Origin: Oculina patagonica | Lineage: Eukaryota | DNA length: 64,000 nt | NCBI RefSeq assembly: GCF_052425735.1 | Contig: NC_135758.1 | Span: 12,710,001 to 12,774,000, forward strand | Reading direction: 5' to 3' | Shown: positions 1 through 13,645 of the stretch, piece by piece | Position numbering within the stretch: the first letter of the stretch is position 1 | Layout of the letters: each line of letters starts with the position of its first letter | The notes under the pieces: generated by a model | Told to the model about the DNA's origin: nothing | The model's database searches: none | Seen by the model: only the letters and a program-made list of their open reading frames with translations | Position numbers and translations under genes: made by a program

Positions 1-3000
1 TTGCTCACGAAAATAAACAATATTTTTAATGTTTATATAATGTATTTCAGATTACCAGAGAGAAAAATGAACAGAGTTTCCTTCGCTTTTGTATAACGAT
101 ATTTGTATAGGTTTCATGTGCAGAACTTTCGTTGTTAAGTTGTGTAGAGGATACAATTTAAAACTAAAACGTTAACTTAGTGCGGAAAGGATAGAATCGA
201 AATTTTCTCGTGTCGCCATAGCGACAGAGATACTCACACTATGAGATTAATAAGATGGCACACTTAGTAAATTAGCCGCTTTTATCAATTAATTGCGTTA
301 ATTTGCGCCGCAGAGCCTCGATGGAAGGCAAAGACAGACGTAATAGAACAAGCCCGCCATCTTCTCACTGACTTCTGTGAAAAGAGTTGTCCGCCACGAC
401 GCAAACTGCAAATCACGACTCTGACAACACCGAGTTGACCTTCACCGGACGTTTTTCAAGTGGTTTTAGAATATTTCAAGTCAGCACGGTGTTGAAAGTA
501 AGTACTAAGTATTGGGAACTTTTTCACCTTCAAACGAAAACTCTTAGCACTTGTGCATGTGTTGTATAATGCGTCGACGTTATTACAGCATCGGCTTGTC
601 AAAAAGGAGCTGAACTGAGCTCGCCGGCTCTTTCAGACTGATTGCATGCATATACCGTGGTATCATTGCCTGCAATGGTTAATTTTATCGAGCCAAGTAA
701 ACAGCTGTCCGTCTGTCTTATGGTGGACGGCGGCGAAGAGACAATGTGAACGGCTGCGTACGTGACGCGCCGATGTCACGCGAAAAGCGTCAGTGGAAAT
801 CCACCATTATTCTGTTTAAATTCTGCGCACGTAATCGGTCAAGGTTTCGTTCTGTAATGGACGAATCTACACTAAGATGGTTGCACCCGTATCTCACAGT
901 TGCTTAGAACTTCTGAACGAGTCCTAAACTGTACGGGTGTGCATGTCACGATACAGCTAAAAAAAAGCTTGATTAGCGCAATTTACTATTGATCTGCATT
1001 GTTTTCCATGAATATAAATCAGCAAAAACAAACGAGTACTCTATTGGACTCTGGAGACGGTTCCGCTTGCTTTGTCAAGCATATGGGCCCTTTTCGTTTA
1101 AACGTACCAGAACCTCCTATGCAGAGCTTTAGCACTCATAACTTGCCCACTAGAGCTAAAGTATAGTCAGTGCACGGACACGAGGGGGAACACTGACCGG
1201 ACATGGAAACCGAGAAGGGAGCGCAGCACCCACGGAAGGCGACCAAGGAGGAGCGAGGGGTGGGGCGAGAGATGAGACTCCGAAAACCTGTATAGTGTGA
1301 GCCAAGTGATGGAGGAGTGCGGGCGAACCACCAGGGAAGCCAAGTATAGTTCTAGGCCACGATTCACTTATTACGGATATTCAATTAAGCTCTACATAAC
1401 CTTAAAAAATATGAGAGTTAGAATGATTAAATATAATCGTCCTTAGACTTTCTGGCGGTTGAGCTTAAGACTTTCCATTCATTGACATTCTTCGCATAGT
1501 TTGTCGAGTGTTATATATAGTTTAAGACAAGTGCTTTGTTTTCGATGTGTTTAAAATATCGTTTGAACGAATATTTGCTAATATTACTTGCTCACACTAG
1601 GCCAAGTTGTGTACCACCTGCTATCTCAGTCACACTGCTCACCTTGACAGCGGTGAGCGCCGCGCTGCGCGCCGCCTGGCCCCGTGTGGGGGGCGGCGCG
1701 GGGGGGAGACGCAGGGGGCCGTGGAGCTGCGCGCTTGCGTCGGTCGACAGCACAGCCCCCCCCCCCCACCCGCGAAGACGAGCGCGAAGCCACACTCGCG
1801 CCACGCCAGAGGGGGAGGAGGAGGGGGGCCGGCGTATGTTGTTTGTTTGTTGATTTTGTTTTTCTTTTTTTGTTTGCCGTAAGCTTTGCGAAATGGTGGG
1901 GGGGCCTCCCCGCTGTACGCTAGATATGGGGCGTACTTGGTCACTCGAAGATGTCACAGAGTGGAGCCACAAGGGGTGCGAGCCTGGAAGCAAGTATTTA
2001 TAAGCAGTGGAAGAAGAACGGCATATTTTCACCCATGTATTTCAGTTTTACCTCAATTAGAGACTTAATGAGGAATTCAATAAGAGTCTCAAGTTCGAAA
2101 ATAGCTTGATCTTAAACGACCTTAAGAGTAAAAAAAGAAACTCTTTGCATTAAAATCCCGCCCAAATGAAGTGAAACCCTTATTTCTGTTGACACCGACT
2201 TTGATCTTAACTGTTTTCCGTGGATTCAATAAACGAATTGTTGATGTAAGCAAACTCAGGGGGTAACTTGGCAAAAATGGCAACTGCATTGTTCCTCTCA
2301 GCATGTGTGTTGGCTTTCATTAAATTAGACTTAAGCTTGAAGTTAAATCGCTGTATAAGCTAGTCAACCTACAGCTGGGAGATACAAAGAAAGAGCGAAC
2401 GACGCTAACAAGCTGAAAAAAGCTCAATCAACGCTCTCAGTTAATTGTTGCTGATTGTTTTACAACAGTAGCCGCCGAGTACACTGCCAGAAGACACGGC
2501 TAAAAAGACAAACCAGGTACTGTTTACATCCATAAGCTAATCTTCAATAATTCTTCTGTTCGCTGTTTTATTATCTCTTACTAGGTTCTTAATTAACTTT
2601 CCCAAGAAAGTCTTATCAACAAGAAGCAATTATCAAAAGAGTAAATCAAACAACGATCAACAAAGTTGCCGATTTCTTTTGTGCTTCAATGCAGCGTTTG
2701 CGCTCGCGGTCAAGCTGGACAATGCGAATATTAAAAGTTTACGTCAATTTGCAATGCTTTTCATTCTTTCTTCTCCTTTTAGCAAACATGCTTAAGAACC
2801 GCACGGCATCCCGATTGTTAACCGACAATAAATTTTCCATCAGTGTCAAGTTTGATTTTGTAACCGCGAACGGGATGCATAGTTTGAATTCCAGGAATAG
2901 TTCTTAGTTCCGAACAACAAACAGTGATCGAAACGTACGTCTTTAAGTCAGCTGCTGAATCCAGCTTCCAACGTCTATCTGAATTACTCTCTGTTTCTTC

Positions 3001-6000
3001 TTAACTTCTTAGCTCCAAGCCCTAATCACACATTATTCCGATAATTGTTACTTTTATATCCACAGTGCAACCTATGGTATTCAATGATTGTTGGCGGGCA
3101 AAAGCCGACCCGCGTTAGGCGAGGTCTTTTTTTACTCCATGCCAGCAAAATTATAACCATGTAGATAACCTCTAAAAGTCACTCCCAGCTTTCAATGGAG
3201 ACTCAATTAAAAACTGCGAATGACTTGACCAGTTAAATTGGTCAATAAATAGCATGTACATGTACTAATATCTAGAGTTCGGTATTGATGTGTGCGAGAA
3301 GTTGGGCAATTTTTGAGCAAAAGATAGGTTGAGAGCACATATCAGGCACGTAAATGTCAAGGATTTTATAGAAAACTTTAATTTATAATGCGAATTTCTT
3401 GAATGTTTAGCAATCTTTTAAAACATAACCTGTCACTTGACTAGGTTTTTTTCTAAAAATTTGCCCATATTGCCCATGCGAGCAACTCATTAAAGCTTTT
3501 AATCGTTTATATAAAAATATCAAGAAATTTTGGTAGCAACTTTTTGGATTTTGGAAACCTTTTTGGCATTCCAGTAAGCACCTTTCCAGCATTTTACGAG
3601 TGCAATCGTGACAGGCCTTACAACCTCGTTTAGAAGAAGGCCCGTACAAACCTTATCCCGTTTTTCAATACAAAATCATTTGTACTTGCTCGAAAACCAA
3701 AGTAGCAAATGCCCATTCCTCTTTATCTAAAGTGTTTTTTTCTGCACATAAGTTTTTCAGTATTTTCTTCATGGCATTTCACTTCTATCCAGGATGGCAA
3801 ACGGCATGACAAGAATATTGACAGAAAATATTTCTCTGTTTTTTTCATTATTACTTCTTGATATCACTGTTTGCTCACTCGTAATTCTGATGAGCCAAGT
3901 ACACACAGCTGATAAAACAACATTATTCTCACTAGACATAAACTGAAATTAAGCTGGCTATTCCGTTTAACCTTTTATTTTTGTTTTATCAGCTTGTTTT
4001 TCTTGTGTCAGTGTCGGAGTAAGAACGCCATTGTGACCATTTCTGAAGAACAAAATGGTGGCGACATTTTTGCAAATCCAATCGCTCAAGTGCAAATCGC
4101 TCGAACCGTCAGCATGGTCTAAAATGGCGGTAAATGAACCATATCAACGACAATTTGTAAAAAAAAACTTACAACGATCCTTTCACAACAGTCATCGCTA
4201 TAAAACAGAGGTTCCAGACTCCTGAATCTGGATTAAGTCCTTTTACTCTTTAGACTTGTAAACACGCGGAAAAAGACTAGCGTGGTACACGTGATAAAAG
4301 CAAGTCGGATCTCTTGCGTAAGCTCAGTTCTGACAAGTAGAAACAAATTACAACAACAATTGATTCATCGCTTTTGCCGATAACACTGTGCAGAAAAATG
4401 TCAAGACACGGATCTACGTTATCTTTAAATCTCAATATCTCTCTCGTCTATTTTATATTACCTTAAAAGGCCATTCGAGAATAAATTAAGAAGGAAAATA
4501 TATTGCAGACTTTAGTAGGAGTTTTCAATAGCCAAAGCAATGTTATGTTTCTGCTGGCTAATAGTTTACACACAATTGGCAAAATTGAACAACGTAATAA
4601 TCTCCATGTGGTAGCGTCAAGACAAAGTTTTAGTACAAGTGACACAAAGTATCATTTGACCACCCAAACTTAAAGATTGTTTGATATGTTTTGATCTTTG
4701 AAAGATGAAGTCAGTTCAGCTAGATAACAGGCCAGGCTAAGCCACCTCACAGTATTTGAGACTTTCCTGTTTTGTCCAAAGATTCATAAATTGTCGGAAA
4801 TATATAGTCTGCCCAACCGACCACTGCACGGCTTTTGAAGAGGCTTGGACGTGCTAAGTCACATTCCCCTTCCATGTGATCAGTATCCAGTTTCTCCTTT
4901 TAATATCAATGCAAAATCAAGCATGCAAGTTAAGAGAATATGAGAATAAATCACCAAGGAGAAATGGCCCACGTGGTATACGATAACCGTGACCCCCAAA
5001 AGGAGGTAATCTGGAGGGGACCGGTATTTTGGACCTGAATTGATTCTTGCTCTTTATCCGAGAGAAAGAACAATATATACCTTTTTAGCACAGGCTACAA
5101 ATCCTTTCGCAGGAATAATTTCAGATCAAACACGAAGTAGCTGTATAAATAACACAGCACTTTGCAGTGATCAGCCCATGTCCGCCCCACGTACACAAAG
5201 ATCACTCCGCGTAGCCCCTCTATCAGTAATCGCCATCTTTGCAATTCATTAATACGTAATTCCCTTAAATCTCGCCTCTCGACCATTCTACTGTCACAGT
5301 TGGTGGAATCTAGTACAGGAAATTGCATTCAATCAGTTCTGACCTCGGAGAAAGAGATAAGAACCAACACGCTATCATCTAAATACACGAAGAGACAACT
5401 GGGGCGTTATGTTGCCGTTAAACCACCAATTTTGATACGGATATCATTTTCACAGACAAATCTTCTTTGCGTGTTTTTGGAAGGGAACGAGTTTCCATCG
5501 CGCATGCTTGCTATTTTAGCTACAACGCAACGCTACACACAGGAATTCAGCGTTATCTAGTTTTCTTGTTATTTCTGGAAACTTCTTTGTTATCAATGAT
5601 TTATAATGATTTATTTTTATTAAAATAATTTATATTTTTGCACAAAATGGATACTTGGCAGGTTCGCGTGGAGGAATGACAAACAAAGACAAATTGTGGC
5701 GCTTTCCTAATCGGAACATCAGTGCTAATTTTTAATTAAATAAACTAAGCAATTACCTTTTTCGTGTTTTTTCACATGGTGTTTCAAAAAAGCTAGAGGA
5801 AAAATTTTGTTCAAGTGTGCGAAAACCGCAAGTAACAACCTTTCTAACCTTTCAACGATTTTGCATCCCAGTATTGAAAATCTCATCTAATTTGCTTTGA
5901 AAGAGCTAATTTTAGTAGAGCACCGGACACTGCACTCTCATTTGTTTTACAATTACACAATACTGAATGAGTTTGTACTGATCAGCAAAGACGATATATA

Positions 6001-8693
6001 TTATCAACGTTTAGCCAATACGAAGCTTTCTTCCAATCAATGCACTTGACGTTTGATGTGCACCCGAGACGAAAACAACTGAATATCCGATTTTATCTCA
6101 CGGCTGAGGTTATCGCATGAGCAATTGAGCTACTGCAAATTGGAAATCCGCTTGTGTCAATATCTTTGACATCTTTGTGAGAAACAGTTCTCTTTTTAGA
6201 GAATTTCGAAACATAAGGTAGTTGCTCTTAGATTGCTTAGCGCAGACCATTAGAATTCCTTTGGGAGGTGGAATTTTTGGTGAATATCTTGGACTCTCTC
6301 GCGGCACAGTCAATTATGAACCACTACCGCGCAATTTTAAATTGTTATCAGATACACCTTATGATGAGCCAGTGATAAGAGCTTAATAAAGTTACTACTC
6401 TGAGCTCTGCTGGAATGTCATACTGACGGCTGCTGTCTTGTTAGTTTTGAGATAAGAACTCAGCAAGAGCATCGGCACGTGCAAACAAGGTCTATTTATT
6501 TAGCCGTATTTACCCTTTCACCGGTAAATACGCCATTTACGTGAAGAACAGTCATTAGCAGAAAGCGTTTTGTTGTGTTTGCTGCGTTTGAGGTGTTTTC
6601 GTTGGTACGAACTGCTTAAATGAACACATTTCATCAAGTGTGTGGTCTTGAGAGATGAAAAATGAGCCCAAGTTCCGACACAAAAGAAGTGTTAATTGTC
6701 TTGACATCAGATCTCCGACTGCTGCCAAAGAATTCGTGTGCTAATCACGATTCAGTCATTATATTTTGACTGTGCGCTCATCAAGGCACAAACCTTAGCA
6801 CACCTCTGACACGTATCCACGGTTAACAAGACAGATTCCAAAGCACGAGCCAAACTACAGGTAAGTTGCCGTTTAAATTCGTGCCATTGACTATCCTACT
6901 GTAGCTTCAATCTGGAAAATTAGCAATTCTCTTCAAGGCCCCTCCAAAACCATTTCCCATCGCATCGATCCTCTCTTGAATGGCCAATTTTCTTCACCAA
7001 TATGGCTAATTCTAACATATCCATAGCAATCCTTAACGGGTATAAGACTTGTTCATCCCTTTAATAACCCGTTCAAATCTGATTTATTTGCCAATCCGCG
7101 TAAAAGAGCTTATAACAGAATCGTCTAATAGAGTAGTTAGGTCTTTGAACATTTTGTTTCGATTAATTCAATATTGAAAAGGCCTAACGAAATTTTACAA
7201 GCCCACAGTGAGGTTGAACCGTGTTTCTACGATTAACCTTAAAGGTACTTGTCAAAGACTCCAAGCTGTCTTGTTAGCAGTAACTGGTTAATTGGAAAAC
7301 ACAATACTTCGAACGATTGATAAAATAAAGTATCCGGCGAGGAGTGTCACTGCGCGCTAAGGAGCTGCCAAAAGTTTATTTTAATGCCTCGTTAGCATGC
7401 CTGGCTCCTCACTGTGATGTTTCCCTTCGCATGGTTTTAAAACGCTGAAATATTGTCGTCTGGCGGTGTAATGTGATACGAAGTCGTATTTACCTCAAGA
7501 TCGGATGATAAATGTTTACTTTTAGAGCTGGGCTAATGCATGTGTGAATATTGTTTTATCTCTTCTGCTTTGAAGATAAAATTCTTCCCGACATTGGCAC
7601 CATTGATGCATACACAATTAAGTACATTAATTAAATGATTAGCCAAAGCTAAAACAAACAAACACCAGAAATGCAATCTGCTGCTTCTCATAACAAGATA
7701 AGAAAAATATTAAAGTTATTTGTTTATTTAGACAGCTTTGAGTTGCGATCGGATCCAAGGCCATTACTACAGTATAGTAGTTTAGAAGTTTATTAATCCG
7801 GCTTTGTATTTTGTTGGAGCTAATACCGCTTGAAGAAATGGATAATCTGAATGTCACTATATGACAATAACTTGTCAAAAAGCATTTTAAAACCGGGGTT
7901 AGTTGTCTGAAAGTGTTTTAAATTCGGTGGCACTCTCAAACATTGAAACTGTCGCTATGTAATGTATTCGGAGTTTTAACACATTTTACAGTCTGCATAA
8001 GGGTAATAGATTTAACCGTAAGAGCTTTGGGGCCAAGGTAAAAATCCACAAAGTACTAATGGACACCCTCCCGTCCCCCCCTTTTCAATTTTGAAGCCAT
8101 CAGCGTACCATATGTTTCGTGGCAAGAATACGCCCATCGTGATCATATTATAGTTCTAACAAATTCAGTTATTACTGACCGGAAAGGACTTTCTATAATT
8201 CCAGTATTAAAGATAAAATGATTTTAAGCTCGTTTATGTTTGAGACTCGGAGTTAAGCGCATTTACAATGGTAAGAAAAGAAGAATACGTTCTAACCAAA
8301 GTATAAGCAATATCAGTTAATAGTTTCCAAATGTGTACTTTTGCATAAACCACAAATTCATAAACTCGACAAGAATCAGTAATTAAATGGCTGGCATACT
8401 GAACGTCGCCCACACTCGCCGCCGGTTACAAAGTCCTTATCACAAGTTGCCAATTGGTTTATTGTAAGTAGTTTGTACCGCTGTAACGATGGACTAATTC
8501 CTTTGATTTTAATTTTATGAGGGTCATTACAAAATATATACTAGACGCCTAATACAACTGAATCCGTATTAACTTCCGACCCCAAATACTTTCCTTGTAG
8601 TCTGAAGGCAACAAAGCATCAAAAACAACAACTCGTGGTCTAAGAACTACGCATGCGTTTAACGCTGATGAATTAGATAAACACGAATTTGAT

Positions 8694-8973
8694 CATTCTC
8701 GTCCCCATAGCCCTATCGTTTCTCTTAGCCGGCAGGGCCTTGGCACGAGGAAACGAAGGGCTCTGGAGACACGGGATTTCCAGTCCTAGATTCTAGGACT
8801 TCCGGTCCTCATGTATGCAGTCATGACTTTTCAAAAGAATGTATGAGAGAATCGTTACGTTTTCGACTTCCGTTGAGGAATTCTTTGTTCCAAACAGCCA
8901 ATCAAAAAAAATCGAATTAATTTCTCGTGCCAAGCCGGCTAAGAGAAACGAAAGGGTTATGGGGACGAGAATG
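8694..8973. mobile_element. MITE with 9-bp TSD
   Basis: TIRs CATTCTCGTCCCCATAGCCCT / AGGGTTATGGGGACGAGAATG; TSD GAATTTGAT at 8685-8693 and 8974-8982. Confidence 0.85.
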
Positions 8974-9085
8974 GAATTTGATGGTATACACACCATATAC
9001 CAGCCCCCTTTCTTACATTTGGTGGGACCGCACCCTCTGTAATGGCAACTTATGAAGTACAGAAATTGACGACACGGGTAATATA

Positions 9086-9264
9086 CAGTCAACTCTAGTT
9101 ATAGAGGACACGCTCGGGGCGTCGTTTAGTGTCCATTATAGCGAGAATCCGTTATAGCAGGAGTCATTTCCAGTCAAACCTCTTTCGCCGGGGATCTGGA
9201 TTTTGTCCCTAATAGCGATCGAGTGTCCGCAATAGCGGGGTGTCCGCAAGGCGAGAGTTGACTG
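9086..9264. mobile_element. Tc1/mariner-type MITE
   Basis: TA|CAGTCAACTCT ... AGAGTTGACTG|TA. Confidence 0.75.
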
Positions 9265-12200
9265 TATCTATATTTCACCGGTTTCTTTAAACAAAAGTTT
9301 TCAAAGGCGTTGTTATTGTAAACAAACGTTATCGACGGACAGGAAGTCCATTCCGTAAATGTTTGATTCACCATGATAAGAAAACTGATTGAAACTCGTT
9401 CAAATCCACAATTATGAATTGTTTTGTTCTCGAAATTCTCTTCTTACTCACTTTGTATGGTAATTGATAAACAGAAGCTTCAAAAGAGTTTTGCTATATA
9501 TCTTCATCATTTTAATAAAAGGATCAATACAGATCGGGTATATATGCTGCATAAAACGCGCAAACGAGTTACTGGGCTCTCCAAGCATTTCTAACGTTTT
9601 GATAAGTATAGGCAAAATATTAACTTGGCAGTGGTAAAATATGTTTCCCTCGCAAGATTTTTACACATGCATTTTATATATTATGAAAGAATGTGATGTA
9701 AAACAACAATTAAGGGAAAAAAGAAACATTTGTTAAGGTCACAGTCTGCATGCATGCACGTCCGCCAACCATGTTTTGACGTCGAGAGCAAAGGCTTTCC
9801 GACATAACTTAGAAACCGGTGATTTGGGAGTTAAAGATACCGACTAGATTTTATCAGGGTTATTTAACGATGTTGAACTGAATTTTTGCCAAAGGAAGCC
9901 GCGCATGTCTTCTTCAGAAACTACTCAAGGGGTAAAGAGTACAAAAATACAAATCATTAAAAAACAAGCTTGATGTCCTATTTGGGAAAAAGTGAAAAGT
10001 AGACGAAAGCAGTTGTAAGCGCCGCTCAAAAGGTTTTATTTGTATGGCCACACCCTAGGACTTTAATTAAAGTTAGAACCACCTTGTAGGGTATAATTAG
10101 ATATTTACAGATGAAAGTACTTCTCAATAGCTTGATGAAAACCAATTAAATTATTGACGGTCAAATAAAGGCAATCGTTTATCGTACACTGTCAAAATGC
10201 GTTTCAGTGGGCAGTTCCAATGAAGGAATTCCACCAGAAGTCGACCAGATGTTCCTTGAAGGCTTGCTGTTTAGGAGAAATGTCTTTTTAGGGAGGTGAT
10301 AGGTTAGTTGTTTTGCCATTTGGTCAGAAATTTGATAATCACCGCGTTTATGATACGTTCCACTTTTACGTACACATGGCAATGCAAATTAAATGGCAGA
10401 TGCCTTAAGATAAATTCAAGACACACGAAGTTTCTACTAGATATTCAAATTCAACAAGAAAGGTTCTTTTCATTTTTCTGATGATTTTTTTGTCATCTTA
10501 ACTTCAAAACCGCTTGAAAACCTCGCGCCACTTGCTCAGCCAATCAAAGGTAAAACCAAAGCCAATCATGATTCGCTCACGCACGTTTTCCCGCGCTTCG
10601 TGCCTGAGACTTGTATATACTTCGAGTTTTGATTGGTTCACTGGATTGTCTGTGTCTCTTGTGATTGGCCAGAGTAATTACTTTGGTTTTGGTTTTTCTG
10701 CACTCAATTGAAAACTGCTCAATAAGAAAAGTTAACACAGGCAGTCATTGTGTCTTTTTGCAGGCGCTTTATCCCATTAACAGGCCTGCGCCGGCCAAAA
10801 CCGGCCGCGGCGAGCGTTGGCATTTGTTGCACTTCTGACATCATCACCTTTACGCAATATTAAGCCATCACTTATACTTAATATCTGCAGAAGGAAAAGA
10901 TCTTTCCAATGATACCCAAAGCACTGTGATTGGGTTAATTGAGCTCTAAATTCAAACGGAAATGCTTAGAAATTTGAGTGAAAATTCCCTCTTCCTCCCT
11001 TGGCTGCTCCATGGGAAGGATTTCCCGTCTTGTTGACGCTTTCTCGGGAATCTTTTAACTAAAAGCAGGCCCAGTGGACAACTGCAGCAAAAATATAAGA
11101 CAAGATGAAAAGGAAAAAGCGAAGAAAATTAAAAAATAAAAACGGAAAGTCGAAAGAGGTGGCCCGTGGGTCCTCTCAAAATTGTGATTTGTGCGCATGC
11201 CCGAGCAAGATTGTCACAAAACGCGATGCTAGTAAAAGTAAGGCACGTTTATGATGCCGTTTTGAGAAAAAATGTAAACAATGTCTTAACAATTAGTGCA
11301 AAAAAGAACATCCTGGCGTCAATGGGTTAAGTACAATCTCGTCCCAGGAGGCCGCCATCGTTATAGTCCGAAAGCCCGCCAAAACACGGCCAAATCTGAT
11401 TGGCTGTTAAAAACTTGTTCATTTCATCCATAATTTCCGACGCACGCGCACAATCGCACCAAAAACAGGATTCGTCCAGAGCCGTTGAGTTTCCTGACGG
11501 TGCCTCCTTTGTTAGTGCGCACACGTTCTGCGCATCACGCAACCCATCGATCACACGAGACGCGCATTCATTGCTCACTTGCAAATTGCGCGACCAAAAG
11601 TTATCCTATATTAACATAATGTTTCCGCAACGGTTCAAAAGTCTGAATTTTGAGAAAGAAAAACAAATCACTAATCATTCAATTTAGTATGTGATAAACA
11701 GTATTAAAAATAATTTATATTTCGACCCGCCTTACCGGCAAGACACTTAATGAAACGGTGATGCTACACATTAAAATGCCTAATAAGATTTGAGAAACTA
11801 AATAAACGCCATTCTAATTTCTCGAGAGGTTGAGGGCACACTCGCCCAAGGCTACGCCATGTCGATAACAGAATAACTTGCTGTATGTTCTTCTTGGGGG
11901 TACATAAACCTTTGGGGTACATCAACAGAGTTAGAAAGATAGGACCACAGTTTCGAACATGTTATGTGATTCAGGAATCAAAATGAAAAGATTGGGCGGA
12001 CATGTACATTTGCAACAATTAACAATAGCAGCCAATATATAGGTCCGATATCGTGCAAATAAAACAATAAGTGCAAATGGAAGTGGGTATTTTTAGTTGT
12101 TAAACTTATACCACTTGAAAAGGCGGGCTATCTTTGCTGCGCACGCACGCATCGTAATTTGAGCAATAGAGAAAATTTTTGCGGAGAGCAGTTTTGGCGG

Positions 12201-13645
12201 GAATTATCTTTTGCGGTGTTTTGCGGACGTTGGGATTGGGAACGAAAATTGAACTGGCACAGCATTTCATGTCATGCATCATATATATTACGCACTCGAG
12301 AGAGAATGAGGCACTTTATTAGTAAGCTTCGTGATCAATAAGTAAACGATTGACTTTTGCCAAAGCTTGAAGTTTGGTCAAGGTATGTGTAATTTTTATC
12401 TAGAAAAAACCCTTCGTGATTATGTCATACAATGTTTCCTTTTCTACTTCCGGTGTAGAAACTTCAGTTCAAACAAAAACGTGTCAAGTTTTCATGTCAG
12501 GAAACGTTTTCGTGACTTATTTGACAAATACACCAGCATGTAATAATGGTTGCAGCAACAAAAACTATCGAAAAAAGTAACCAAACGAATATAACTTGTT
12601 TTCTTAGGCGCGCCATGTTGTCTTGTACTGCGACTTCTAATTAATTACTCATCAAATATTTTCCTTTGCTTTTCATCGGAAGCGAAGCCCAGCAGGATTG
12701 CATAAAAATGCCTTAAATAACCACACACCCGCTAAGGACAGCATAAAAACACCTGTTATCCTTTTAAAAATGTGTTAAGTACATTGTTTGATCCAAAAGT
12801 AACAAATTGCAGTTGTATTGAACGTTGGCTTGGGCAAGATAAAAGAAATGTTCAAAAATTATTATTTACAGCTCCAGGCTTTCTTTTCTCAAAGCAGTTC
12901 TAATTTGATTGACACCTCTTGAACACATTGTTAATGCGCTAAATGACTGGAAGATAACTTAAAGTATTTAATGCGCATACGGTCCGTTGTACGATGTCAG
13001 CCTCGTGCGAATCTCACTATATTGACCTGATACTTTTTTTAGAATATTTGAAAATGTTTGAAGTTCCCTCTCAAAAACGTTTAAGGGATTTTGAGTTTAT
13101 CACGCCCCGTGTTAATATATCGCAATTAAAGGCCTGCTAATCAGGCGCAAAGAGCTTGCTGACTTCACGCTTCGCTGCGTTTGTAACAGACAAGCAGTGA
13201 ATATGTATGAAGTTGCTTTACTTAGTCTTTAGTGCGTGTTGTATAACACTTTTCTATTGTCCCCTCGTTCTATTTGAGCGGACCAGCTTAATAATAGAGT
13301 AAGCAATAATTTAGTTGTCAACCAACATTTCCCTGTTAGTATCGCACTGTCAACGGACTTCACAGATCGTAGGCGACATTGTCACACTTGCACAAGGCTT
13401 AAGCTTGTTCACCGGTAACTTGGCATGGGGTTATGGCACCGGAATTTTCATTAGTTTACATTAGCGAGTAAACAGCGGAGAAAGGATACTAACTCGACAT
13501 ATTAATCACCTGCGCTTATTGTAAGAAGAACTCACATAGCGTGAAGCAAAGAGCATGTAAGTTTTGAAGCTGTATTTTATAGAACGTGCGTGTCTGTCTG
13601 TCCACTGCCTGTCACTAATTATGCGTTTTGTGTTTGACAGATACA

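Noticed and set aside
1536-2068. Cluster of overlapping GC-rich ORFs
   Set aside because: Low-complexity Gly/Pro/Arg translations in most frames due to stop-codon scarcity; no recognisable domain.
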